Source of the DNA: a virus
DNA length: 64,000 nucleotides
Virus record (IMG/VR): IMGVR_UViG_3300047382_000480
Span: 1 to 64,000 of that record
Reading direction: 5' to 3' (one strand)
Of the stretch, positions 56,186-64,000 are shown piece by piece. A program made the translations under genes and the position numbers. Numbering within the stretch: the first letter of the stretch is position 1; each line of letters opens with the position of its first letter. The notes below the pieces were generated by a model. That model did not search any database. It saw only the letters and a list, made by a program, of their open reading frames with translations, and was not told where the DNA came from.

Positions 56186-57663
56186 TTATCAACCTTAACA
56201 AGTTTGTATTTAAACCCTTCTTCATTATATAATTTTACTCTCTCAACTAGATGTTCTAGTGTATAATTTTTCTTGGTCTTCCATGATAGATCATCGCCAA
56301 TATCAAACAGTTTACACGAAACCTTATTTTCTCCTAACCTCAACCCTCTACCGATAGATTGTAAGTTTCTTACTCTGCTCTTTGAAGGTGAAGAAAATAT
56401 AACATTATGTAAGTTTCTAATATTTATACCTGTAGAGAAAGTGCCATATGAGGCAACAATTATAGCGTTATCAGACTTTTCCGTCAACGATCGTATTTCT
56501 TCTCTTTGTTCGGTATCAGTTCCTCCGTATACAAAATAGACTGGTCTAGATTCTTCTACCTTTTTCTTTATCATATCAAACAGAACACTTCCGTGTTTCT
56601 CGACGAACTGAAAAAGAACCAAACTGTTACCTTTTTGATCAACGACAAGATTACTTATTAAGTTATTTCTCCAATGATCTCGAACTAACCAATCTACCTC
56701 CTCTTGGTATTTCATGGTCTTCATTGCTTTACATTCTTCATCTTTATGTTTTAAAACTAAACAAGTTATGTCTAGGTTTGCAACCTTACCATCTTCCATT
56801 AACTCTTTAGTGGTTATCACCTTAGTAACATTTCCAAAACACCCTTCTAAGACAAGGCGGTGAGTTTTTGTCCCATCAAGAGTACCAGTAGTTCCAAACC
56901 TCCAGTGTGCGTTTTCGCATTTGTTTAGAATAGAAGTTAAAGACTTTGCCTTAAATAAGTGAGCTTCGTCTCCATATACAACATCAAACTTTTCAAACCA
57001 TTTCTTTGGAAATTTATAGATAGATTGCCAAGTTGAGATTGTCACAGGAAACTCGTTTGACTTTTCTTTACCGCCATATATTCTATGGCAGTTCTCACTT
57101 ACTTTCCAATCAACTGCGCTTGCATAGTCTTGAAAATCACCATACATTTGTTCCACAAGAGATGTCGTGGGCACAATTATTAATTGCTTTTTATTTCTTT
57201 CTTGATAATAACGCATTAGAGTATAGATTATAAGAGACTTTCCTGATGCAGTAGGAGACAATAATAAAGACCTTGCACCCTGAATACCTTTTCTGACTGC
57301 TTGAACCTGATAATCTCGTATTTCAATGGGTTTGTCACCACTGTGAAGGTCTAATCCCTTTGCAAACTTATCAATAAATTCAGTTGATATAATATCGCCC
57401 TTTGACACCATTCGGTTGTCTACAGTGTACTCCAGCTGTCTCGCGAAGTCTAAAAGGTACTTTATTAACCCAACAGGCAATTCTTTATTGAACATATTGA
57501 ACAGCCTTGCCTTGCCATCCCACATACGGGATTTATAAGCAGGCATGAATCTTGCTCCAGGAACATCAAATGTGAAGAAGTCATTTAGTTCTTGGAGGAT
57601 TCCTGTGTCACACTCAACGTGCATATTCACAGCGTTTTTATATGTGACAATTATGTCAGCCAT
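56182..57663 (-). CDS. uvsW: UvsW helicase
   Basis: RDYQ, SPTASGKS, GDEAH, GTTGT, LQSIGRGLR. Confidence 0.95.
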   Translation of the reverse strand: MADIIVTYKNAVNMHVECDTGILQELNDFFTFDVPGARFMPAYKSRMWDGKARLFNMFNKELPVGLIKYLLDFARQLEYTVDNRMVSKGDIISTEFIDKFAKGLDLHSGDKPIEIRDYQVQAVRKGIQGARSLLLSPTASGKSLIIYTLMRYYQERNKKQLIIVPTTSLVEQMYGDFQDYASAVDWKVSENCHRIYGGKEKSNEFPVTISTWQSIYKFPKKWFEKFDVVYGDEAHLFKAKSLTSILNKCENAHWRFGTTGTLDGTKTHRLVLEGCFGNVTKVITTKELMEDGKVANLDITCLVLKHKDEECKAMKTMKYQEEVDWLVRDHWRNNLISNLVVDQKGNSLVLFQFVEKHGSVLFDMIKKKVEESRPVYFVYGGTDTEQREEIRSLTEKSDNAIIVASYGTFSTGINIRNLHNVIFSSPSKSRVRNLQSIGRGLRLGENKVSCKLFDIGDDLSWKTKKNYTLEHLVERVKLYNEEGFKYKLVKVDK

Positions 57664-58106
57664 TACATAAGTCCATTTGTGAATTTAGTCCACTCAATAC
57701 CATTCTTAATGTCCCACGTTCTACTATGTAAAGATCTCATAACACGATCAAGGAAATCAACAACAGTCCTTATGTACTCAACCTTATTCATTTGTTCTTG
57801 AAGGTCGGCATCTGATTCTATCATTTCTGCCATGTCATTTTTCAAAGGTTTGTTTCCAAGCCACTGATCCCACCCAAGTGCATCGAGTTCTTGTTTGGAT
57901 AACTCTCCACGCCAGTATTGTTGCTTTATTCTTCTGAGTTTAAAGAATGCAGCCTCAGACTTTCTGAGTTGTAGTTTGAAATTTGAGAGGTGATTGAGGT
58001 ATTTTGAATGGAGTTCGGCAGTCTTTATTGTTGCTTTGCCGAGTTCTAACTCATCGATCTTACAATCGATAGCCCACGATTCTTGAAGTTCTTTTAATGT
58101 AATCAT
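57663..58106 (-). CDS. uvsY: Recombination mediator UvsY
   Basis: LHSKYL, YWRG, RTWDIKNGIEW; synteny. Confidence 0.9.
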   Translation of the reverse strand: MITLKELQESWAIDCKIDELELGKATIKTAELHSKYLNHLSNFKLQLRKSEAAFFKLRRIKQQYWRGELSKQELDALGWDQWLGNKPLKNDMAEMIESDADLQEQMNKVEYIRTVVDFLDRVMRSLHSRTWDIKNGIEWTKFTNGLM

Positions 58107-58121
58107 AATATAATAATAATT

Positions 58122-58709
58122 CTATGTCAAATTTTCTATCTTATAAGTCCTATATCTAAAACCTGCGATACCAGTGAAGTAATCACCAGCACCTTGTGTT
58201 ATGTCAAAATCAAGACCTTCTAGACTAGTCGGGAATGCATCATAGAAAGTAATCTTGATAGTTGGGTTGTTGTTCGAATCAAGAACAAACAATGTAGCAT
58301 CACTTACTTGAGCGATGGCTTCTTTCTTGCTCTTTTGTGACGTAGCAGTTCTATACTCTTGAGAGTTTATGAAGTCAGTGAATTGACCAGTATTCTCTGG
58401 AAACCCTAATCCATACAACCAGTTATAAAGTTCTTGGTAGTTTGCCATATCTTCTTGAACAAGAAACCTTACCATTAGTTCACCGAATTGTATTTTGTCT
58501 CCAGGGAATGGTAATGTGGAAAGAGGTGTTTCCATCTGCGGTGCTCCCAAAGATATTTGTGGGATATTTGCAGCTTGACAGAAAAAAGAAACCTGAGGTA
58601 TATTAGCAATTTGAAATCTAAACCCATTCGGGCGCAAGAAATCTAATTCAGCAGGATTGTTCTGAGTGAATTCTGATTCGGTGATATTTGTTGTCGGGTT
58701 ATATGCCAT
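58122..58709 (-). CDS. 3: Tail tube terminator/completion protein gp3
   Basis: FFCQAANIP, PGD, FLVQEDM.NY.E...W, SDATL, FPTSL. Confidence 0.88.
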   Translation of the reverse strand: MAYNPTTNITESEFTQNNPAELDFLRPNGFRFQIANIPQVSFFCQAANIPQISLGAPQMETPLSTLPFPGDKIQFGELMVRFLVQEDMANYQELYNWLYGLGFPENTGQFTDFINSQEYRTATSQKSKKEAIAQVSDATLFVLDSNNNPTIKITFYDAFPTSLEGLDFDITQGAGDYFTGIAGFRYRTYKIENLT

Positions 58710-58713
58710 ACTT

Positions 58714-58721
58714 TATTTATA
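58714..58721 (-). promoter_or_regulatory. T4-type late promoter
   Basis: TATAAATA. Confidence 0.7.
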
Positions 58722-58724
58722 CGC

Positions 58725-58752
58725 AAAAAAAAGGGGATCCGAAGACCCCCTT
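58725..58752 (-). terminator. Intrinsic terminator after major capsid gene
   Basis: GGGGGTC-TTCG-GATCCCC followed by a T8 tract; cUUCGg tetraloop. Confidence 0.88.
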
Positions 58753-58783
58753 AAAATGGTTGATTGACTCAACTCTTTTTATT

Positions 58784-60037
58784 TTACATAAGGTTTGTAA
58801 CCTTAACAGAACGATAGTACTGGTTACGATCAGCAGTGAACGTATCAGCATCAGTTGTGCCGTTAGCCTGTGTAACAAATGGGTTAGCAACCATGCCGTA
58901 ACGAGTCTTAAAGCCGATTTTTGGCTGGAAGTCTGTTGGGTCAATAGCGCGAACTTGTTGTAAAGGTACATATGGGCAGTAGAAAATACCAGCATCATAT
59001 GCGCTAGTTCCTTTATAACCAACTGTGTAGAACTGAGAAGAAGCACCAGTGTTAGCTGAGTATGGATCGATGTATACTTTATAACGACCATTCAATACAC
59101 CAGCAAAAGTGTTACCAGTATCATCAACGTTCAAGTCAGTGTTTAGTGCTGGAGCGTAATCAAGTACACCAGCCATTGCTAGAGCAGAAGCAACATCAGA
59201 AGAACAGATGATGAAGTTACCTTTACCGCGACGAGTGTCTTGAGCAATCACGTTAGCATCACGTTCGATGTTGAACAATAAGCCTTTGAAACGCTCAACT
59301 GACCAACGACCATTTGAATCAACGTCAAGGTCGAAAGTACCAGCAGTAGCAGTAGAAGCAGAACCAGTCTTAGCAACTTTGTAGATGGTTCGTACAACTT
59401 CGCGGTTGATTTCAGCCAAGATTTCTTGTGAAAGAATGTTTGACAATTCGCTCTCAGCATCAAGACCATGGATTGCTTTAAGATCTTGAGCAAGTTCGAT
59501 TGTGTACTCAGCTTTCAATGCGCGAGTCTTAGCAGTAACAGTAGTTTTCTCGATTGAGAACGCCATTTCTGCAGGGTTCTTACTTTCACCAGTAGCTGTA
59601 GACATACCAGCACCAGTTGTGTAAGTACCATCAACAGGGTTAGAACCAGCGTGAGTAGGTGAAGAGTTACCAGAGAAGTCTGTGTCAGCTTCGTTGAATA
59701 GAGCCTCATCACCAGTTTGGCTAGTGTAGTGTGACTTCATAGCAAAGATTAGCCCAGTAGGACCAGTCATTGGCTGAACACCACATACATCGTATGCCAT
59801 TAAGTTAGGAAGCGCACGACGAACAAGGCTGATCAATACTGGATCGTAGTTATCGACTGATGCGCCAGTTGCGTTAGCTGATTCAGACAACTGAGCTTTC
59901 TCTTCTTTAAGAGCTTTCTCTTGGTTTTCAAGAACAACAGCAGTCACATTTCTGCGGTGTGCGTCCTTAATTTGAGGAAGTTCTGGGTGATCCAATACGG
60001 GACCCCATTTTTCCATTTGTGATTCTGAAAGATACAT
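58784..60037 (-). CDS. 23: Major capsid protein gp23
   Basis: LISLVRR, GVQPMTGPTGLIFA, ELAQDLKAIHGLDAE, YCPYVPL, GFKTRYG. Confidence 0.98.
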   Translation of the reverse strand: MYLSESQMEKWGPVLDHPELPQIKDAHRRNVTAVVLENQEKALKEEKAQLSESANATGASVDNYDPVLISLVRRALPNLMAYDVCGVQPMTGPTGLIFAMKSHYTSQTGDEALFNEADTDFSGNSSPTHAGSNPVDGTYTTGAGMSTATGESKNPAEMAFSIEKTTVTAKTRALKAEYTIELAQDLKAIHGLDAESELSNILSQEILAEINREVVRTIYKVAKTGSASTATAGTFDLDVDSNGRWSVERFKGLLFNIERDANVIAQDTRRGKGNFIICSSDVASALAMAGVLDYAPALNTDLNVDDTGNTFAGVLNGRYKVYIDPYSANTGASSQFYTVGYKGTSAYDAGIFYCPYVPLQQVRAIDPTDFQPKIGFKTRYGMVANPFVTQANGTTDADTFTADRNQYYRSVKVTNLM

Positions 60038-60082
60038 CTTTCGTCTCCTTGCTTTTTAGTTATTAGTTGTGTTAACTGTTAT

Positions 60083-60090
60083 TATTTATA
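60083..60090 (-). promoter_or_regulatory. T4-type late promoter
   Basis: TATAAATA. Confidence 0.8.
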
Positions 60091-60095
60091 AAAAA

Positions 60096-61277
60096 TTATC
60101 TTTTTACCGATTTAGAAATCGCTTGAGCATAAATGCTGATTGGCGAAGTTGAATCTTCACTGATAACGACTGAATCATCATCAATCAGTTTATCTTCTTC
60201 AATTACAGCTTTTTGTGTTGGGAAATAATTTTCCTTAATCACAGCCAGCTTGTCAGAGTAATCGTTATCAAACTCAACGTCTTCAACGAGTTTCGCAAAC
60301 TTTTCAGCTTCAGTTACAGTCAAGTCAGCAGTCGCTTCTTTGAGTGCAGCATCTTTTGATAGGTCTACATTGGCAGCAGACAAGGCAACTTTTTCGTCAG
60401 TTGATTCGTCCAGCTTGGTTTTAAGTGAATTAATTTCACTCTGCATTTCGCCCAGAACATCATACTTTTCTTCAGGAATGTCGATGTAATGCTCGGCAAA
60501 AACTTCTTTCAAGGAGCCGATGAAGGATTCAGAGATCTCGTTGCGCAGTCCACGCTCAATAGCGAGTTCGTTTTCTTTCATCCAGTTCTCAGCTACATAG
60601 TTCAGATAACCATCAATTTTCTGTACCATACCTTCCACGAATGTTTCTTGTGCAAGTGCAGCTTCTTCGGCTAGTTCAGTTTTAATTTCTTCGATTTCAG
60701 AAGCGACGCGAGCCGTAACAACTGCTTCAAATAAACCTGCAGCCTTAACTTTAAACTCTTCGGATAGATGCTCTTCGTCAGCGAATAAATTGGTCATGTC
60801 GTCTTGGAATAATGTATCTTCTTCGATAACTTCTTCAACTTCTTCAGCAGACTCTTCTAATTCAGCTTCAACATCTTCGTCTGTGATTTCTTCTTCAAGA
60901 ACTTCGTCTTCTGATTCAGCGTCTTCAGCTTTAACATCAGCTTTAGTTCCAGGCATATTAACCTGACCTTCAGTCGATGCAGTTTCAGAAGAACCCTGTG
61001 TTGGTGAGGTTTGATCTCCAGCTTCGGAAGATGCAGCAGATTTACTGCCGTCTTTCTTTGCTTTTGAAGAGGCAGATTTACCTGCATCAGCTTTTAGACC
61101 ATCGGATTCAAGCGAGTCACTTGAAGCAGTTTCTGATGAGCCTTGTGCTGGTGCAGAAGCATCGCCTTGTGATTTGTCTGCAGGTCGTGCAGCAGACTCG
61201 TCTAGTTCATTAACTTCTTCGGTTACCATTTCTGGCTTACCCTTGAGAAGTTCTCTGATTTTGCTTTCTACAGCCAT
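60096..61277 (-). CDS. 22: Prohead core scaffold gp22
   Basis: Acidic; LSEEFK.KA..LFEA, YLNYVAENW, IKENYF; synteny. Confidence 0.92.
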   Translation of the reverse strand: MAVESKIRELLKGKPEMVTEEVNELDESAARPADKSQGDASAPAQGSSETASSDSLESDGLKADAGKSASSKAKKDGSKSAASSEAGDQTSPTQGSSETASTEGQVNMPGTKADVKAEDAESEDEVLEEEITDEDVEAELEESAEEVEEVIEEDTLFQDDMTNLFADEEHLSEEFKVKAAGLFEAVVTARVASEIEEIKTELAEEAALAQETFVEGMVQKIDGYLNYVAENWMKENELAIERGLRNEISESFIGSLKEVFAEHYIDIPEEKYDVLGEMQSEINSLKTKLDESTDEKVALSAANVDLSKDAALKEATADLTVTEAEKFAKLVEDVEFDNDYSDKLAVIKENYFPTQKAVIEEDKLIDDDSVVISEDSTSPISIYAQAISKSVKR

Positions 61278-61310
61278 TTTATTCTCCTTGTAGAGTTCGT
61301 TTGCTAGTTT

Positions 61311-61318
61311 TATTTATA
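61311..61318 (-). promoter_or_regulatory. T4-type late promoter
   Basis: TATAAATA. Confidence 0.8.
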
Positions 61319-61323
61319 ATAAA

Positions 61324-61977
61324 TTAAATCTTTGAAACCTTATTTAGGAATGAGCTAAACACCGCCATCTTGGTGGCTTCTAGTTCATGGGAAGAGGCTT
61401 CCTTAATTATTTTCTGAGCCTGTTCCATTTCCCTTGCTTGCCAAATACCATCAACCATAACCCACTCACGGCTTTCCATAATCCCTTGAACAAAGGCATC
61501 TGGAGCGGATGGATCTGATACAATATCGGCAGCAGTTGCAAGCATGAAATCATCTTGGACTTCACTTATACCCGACTTCTCTCGGATAGAACCCAAACCA
61601 CGAGAACTAACACCGAGTTGTGCGCCTGCTTCAATTAAATTTGCAGCAATCTTACCCATTGGAGTATCAAGAACTTTCGCCTTACCGATCCAATTATCTC
61701 CATCTTCTTTCAGAGAGACAATCATATGAGAGACACGATCCAGATTTACTGTTGGACCATCTGGGTGACCAAGTTCTCCCAATGCTCTGTTCTTGTCGAT
61801 TTGTTCTGCTGTATAACGTGCAACTTCTTTTTGCATAACCTCTTTAGGATATACACGACCATTGCGGTTTTTTAAATTGGATTGTAAGAAAACTCCTTCA
61901 ATGAAGAGTTCTCTTTTTCCATCTTTTTCTTCTGAGATGTATTGAACATTCTCGTTAATTTCTTTTATAAGTCTCAT
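61324..61977 (-). CDS. 21: Prohead protease gp21
   Basis: NRNGRVY, ALGELGHP, GVSSRGLGS, DIVSDPSAPDA. Confidence 0.96.
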   Translation of the reverse strand: MRLIKEINENVQYISEEKDGKRELFIEGVFLQSNLKNRNGRVYPKEVMQKEVARYTAEQIDKNRALGELGHPDGPTVNLDRVSHMIVSLKEDGDNWIGKAKVLDTPMGKIAANLIEAGAQLGVSSRGLGSIREKSGISEVQDDFMLATAADIVSDPSAPDAFVQGIMESREWVMVDGIWQAREMEQAQKIIKEASSHELEATKMAVFSSFLNKVSKI

Positions 61978-62369
61978 TAGCCTAGATCTCCTTGGTTCTG
62001 ATGCTGTTGCGAACCATAACCAGAAACCTTAGAAGTTTGCACTATAACTGTCCCTGCACCACCTGTAACCGAGACAACAATATCTGACGCTTGTTCTCTG
62101 ATGTCGGCAAACCCATAAAATTCTAATTTGCCTGACATGTGCATAGTATGTAACAACACGCTATTTCTTGTTACAGTTGCTGTGGCGCCACTCCCTAGTG
62201 TCCAATAAAGTGCACTGATGTTGACCAATGGAGTAGAAACAGTTTCTGATGATTTCTTTAGGTCAGCTGATATATCGATAGTTTGGGCTGCAGGTGTGCT
62301 TCCGTTTTCAGAAACAACAGTGACACCTTGAACCTGTGTTAACTTTAAATTTGCTTTGGTGGACGCCAT
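61977..62369 (-). CDS. Hypothetical protein in head module
   Basis: 130 aa, coupled to gp21. Confidence 0.65.
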   Translation of the reverse strand: MASTKANLKLTQVQGVTVVSENGSTPAAQTIDISADLKKSSETVSTPLVNISALYWTLGSGATATVTRNSVLLHTMHMSGKLEFYGFADIREQASDIVVSVTGGAGTVIVQTSKVSGYGSQQHQNQGDLG

Positions 62370-62375
62370 TTTTTA

Positions 62376-62744
62376 TTATTCTCCTACAGGTTCAAGTTCC
62401 CAAACAGGAACACGTTTTAAAGATTCTTTAAACATAACCTCAGCAACCGCATCAACCCCTTCCCCATAAGTAGCAAGAACTGTTCCTTCGCCTTCTTTAT
62501 GGTGCATTATTGTAGCGTTTGGAGCCATATAAAACTTTTCTGTATTTGAGCTTCCTTGAGTTGGAGGAGTTTTATCCCCTTCTTCCCCTTTATCTGCTGC
62601 ACCATGATTAGCTGTAGGTTCTTCAGCTTCTGGTTTGTTGACACATTCTTCTTCCTCGGTAATCATTTCTTCCGAAACGATTTCTTCCCCTGTGAGGATT
62701 TTAAAGACTGTGTCTACTAGGTCTTGTGGTATACTTGGTTTCAT
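62376..62744 (-). CDS. Acidic head-module protein (possible prohead core component)
   Basis: Multiple xxEE sites; shares GDxxxPxQGSS motif with gp22. Confidence 0.6.
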   Translation of the reverse strand: MKPSIPQDLVDTVFKILTGEEIVSEEMITEEEECVNKPEAEEPTANHGAADKGEEGDKTPPTQGSSNTEKFYMAPNATIMHHKEGEGTVLATYGEGVDAVAEVMFKESLKRVPVWELEPVGE

Positions 62745-62748
62745 TTTC

Positions 62749-63027
62749 TTATTCCGTTTCTGGTTCTGCCTCGGCAGTAGTTTCTGGAACTGCGACTTCT
62801 CCCGCAGTCGGTTCTGGTAAATCTATTTCTTCGACCGATTGATTAAACATACCAGAAGCAACTTCAGCCTTTCTATCAGCTACCATTGAATCGGCACGAT
62901 CATTCATCATGCTATTAAAAGTATCCTGAGCATCTGTCAGTTTACCATCTTTCCACTGATCCATCATTTTACGGACAGCATCAGCACGTTCATTTTCTAC
63001 ATTGCGTTCTGCAGTTTCTTCACTCAT
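62749..63027 (-). CDS. Small acidic prohead core protein (gp67-like position)
   Basis: 92 aa, acidic, directly after portal. Confidence 0.55.
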   Translation of the reverse strand: MSEETAERNVENERADAVRKMMDQWKDGKLTDAQDTFNSMMNDRADSMVADRKAEVASGMFNQSVEEIDLPEPTAGEVAVPETTAEAEPETE

Positions 63028-63029
63028 AA

Positions 63030-64000
63030 TTACTCACCTTCTTGGTCTTGATATTGTTGCGGTTCGGCTTGAAGTGCCTCCCCCTCTATTTGTTTATTGA
63101 TGACATTTATTTCATCATCTCGCATCTTAAGAATTTCTTTTTGCACATATTCTTTAGAGAAGTATTCGCCTACATAATTTGAAAGACCATTTAAAACTTC
63201 TACTCGGCTTCGTAGGATTTCTTGTTCTTTTGACTCAGTATAATATGCGTCAGAAGAATAAACATACCTTATGCCGTCTCTTAGTTCTGGCCATTCGGCT
63301 TCGGTTATAACACCCTTTAGAATAAGTTGCGTTTTCAGCAAATCGTCAAATAATGCTGAAAAACGTCTACGAAGTTTAGCGATAAACTTGGTAAACTTTA
63401 ATTCGTCTCGGCTGATTTCGGCACTACGACCAAAATTTAACCCTTGTTGGGCACCTTCTAATCTAGAGATCGGGACATTCAACGCTTGATATAATTTGCG
63501 TTGGAAATAGTCTACGTCACCAGTTTCTCCAAGGTTTTGACCTCCAGGAAGTGTTTGAATCTCTGTACCTCGACCGCCTTCGCGTCTTGGCATCCAGAAG
63601 TCTTCAAGCATAGACATAAACTTCTTGTCGTCTCTAATCTCTCCCGATTCGCCATCATAAACCAATTTGTTTCGATAGCGGTTCATTATATCTTTTAGAT
63701 ACTGTTCTGCCTTCATTGTTGGGAGATTACCAGTATCAACATAAAACACTCTGCGTTCTGGAGCACGAGTAATACGATATACAACAACAGCATTCTCCAT
63801 CATTCTCAGCTGATTCGCTGGTCTGATTGCTTTGTGTAAATATGACAAAGGTATATTTTTATCTTGATCTAACAAACCTGAAGGAATATATGTAATTGCA
63901 TCCTTCGATATTTTTAGGGATTTATCGTTAGCGTTCCCTGCTTTATACATTCCAGGTTTGTTCGCTATTCCCTTGTCATCGTAAATGAAATACTCATTTA
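63030..64000 (-). CDS. 20: Portal protein gp20, 5' part outside window
   Basis: SYLHKAI, YRITRAPERR, MLEDFWMPRREGGRGTEI, RDELKF. Confidence 0.96.
   Translation of the reverse strand, partial: NEYFIYDDKGIANKPGMYKAGNANDKSLKISKDAITYIPSGLLDQDKNIPLSYLHKAIRPANQLRMMENAVVVYRITRAPERRVFYVDTGNLPTMKAEQYLKDIMNRYRNKLVYDGESGEIRDDKKFMSMLEDFWMPRREGGRGTEIQTLPGGQNLGETGDVDYFQRKLYQALNVPISRLEGAQQGLNFGRSAEISRDELKFTKFIAKLRRRFSALFDDLLKTQLILKGVITEAEWPELRDGIRYVYSSDAYYTESKEQEILRSRVEVLNGLSNYVGEYFSKEYVQKEILKMRDDEINVINKQIEGEALQAEPQQYQDQEGE

Noticed and set aside
58717-59091. Alternate-frame ORF overlapping the gp23 3' end
   Set aside because: Runs through the terminator, has no recognisable motifs, and is explained by codon bias of the highly expressed gp23
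199-63698. Numerous plus-strand ORFs of 60-157 aa in the track
   Set aside because: They are antisense shadows of well-supported minus-strand genes and show no motifs; only 5588..6106 has a promoter, SD and motifs
1-64000. tRNA genes, CRISPR arrays, long tandem repeats
   Set aside because: Intergenic gaps are short and accounted for by promoters and terminators; no cloverleaf or repeat-spacer pattern seen by eye (tRNAscan not run)
1-64000. Stop-codon reassignment
   Set aside because: Core genes are full length under the standard code, and TAA, TAG and TGA all occur as terminators

Overview
This 64 kb window is part of a large T4-like (myovirus) phage genome, probably marine and infecting a Gram-negative host. 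Nearly all genes lie on the minus strand. It carries the T4 core: partial portal gp20, gp21/22/23, gp3, uvsY/uvsW, gp55, gp47/46, gp45/44/62, regA, gp43, uvsX, gp41, gp61 and RNase H. Nucleotide metabolism genes are nrdA/nrdB/glutaredoxin, thyX, dCMP deaminase and a MazG-like enzyme. Typical marine T4-like accessory genes include hsp20, peptide deformylase, a peroxiredoxin, a CobS-like AAA+/vWA pair and GroES, plus a probable lysis set. Most notable: (1) a cluster of late-promoter genes with T4 internal-protein-like N-terminal signals, built as modules separated by prohead-protease-like (I/L/V/M)-x-E sites, i.e. candidate capsid-packaged polyproteins; (2) a ketoacyl synthase + desaturase + GNAT-like lipid cassette; (3) a TET/JBP dioxygenase coupled to a class II glutamine amidotransferase, suggesting DNA hypermodification; (4) a ROSE-type RNA thermometer on hsp20; (5) leaderless sigma70 promoters on polymerase and primase; (6) an orphan antisense promoter beside gp55. 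No tRNA, CRISPR array, intron or intein was seen. All calls come from reading motifs by eye; no database searches were run.
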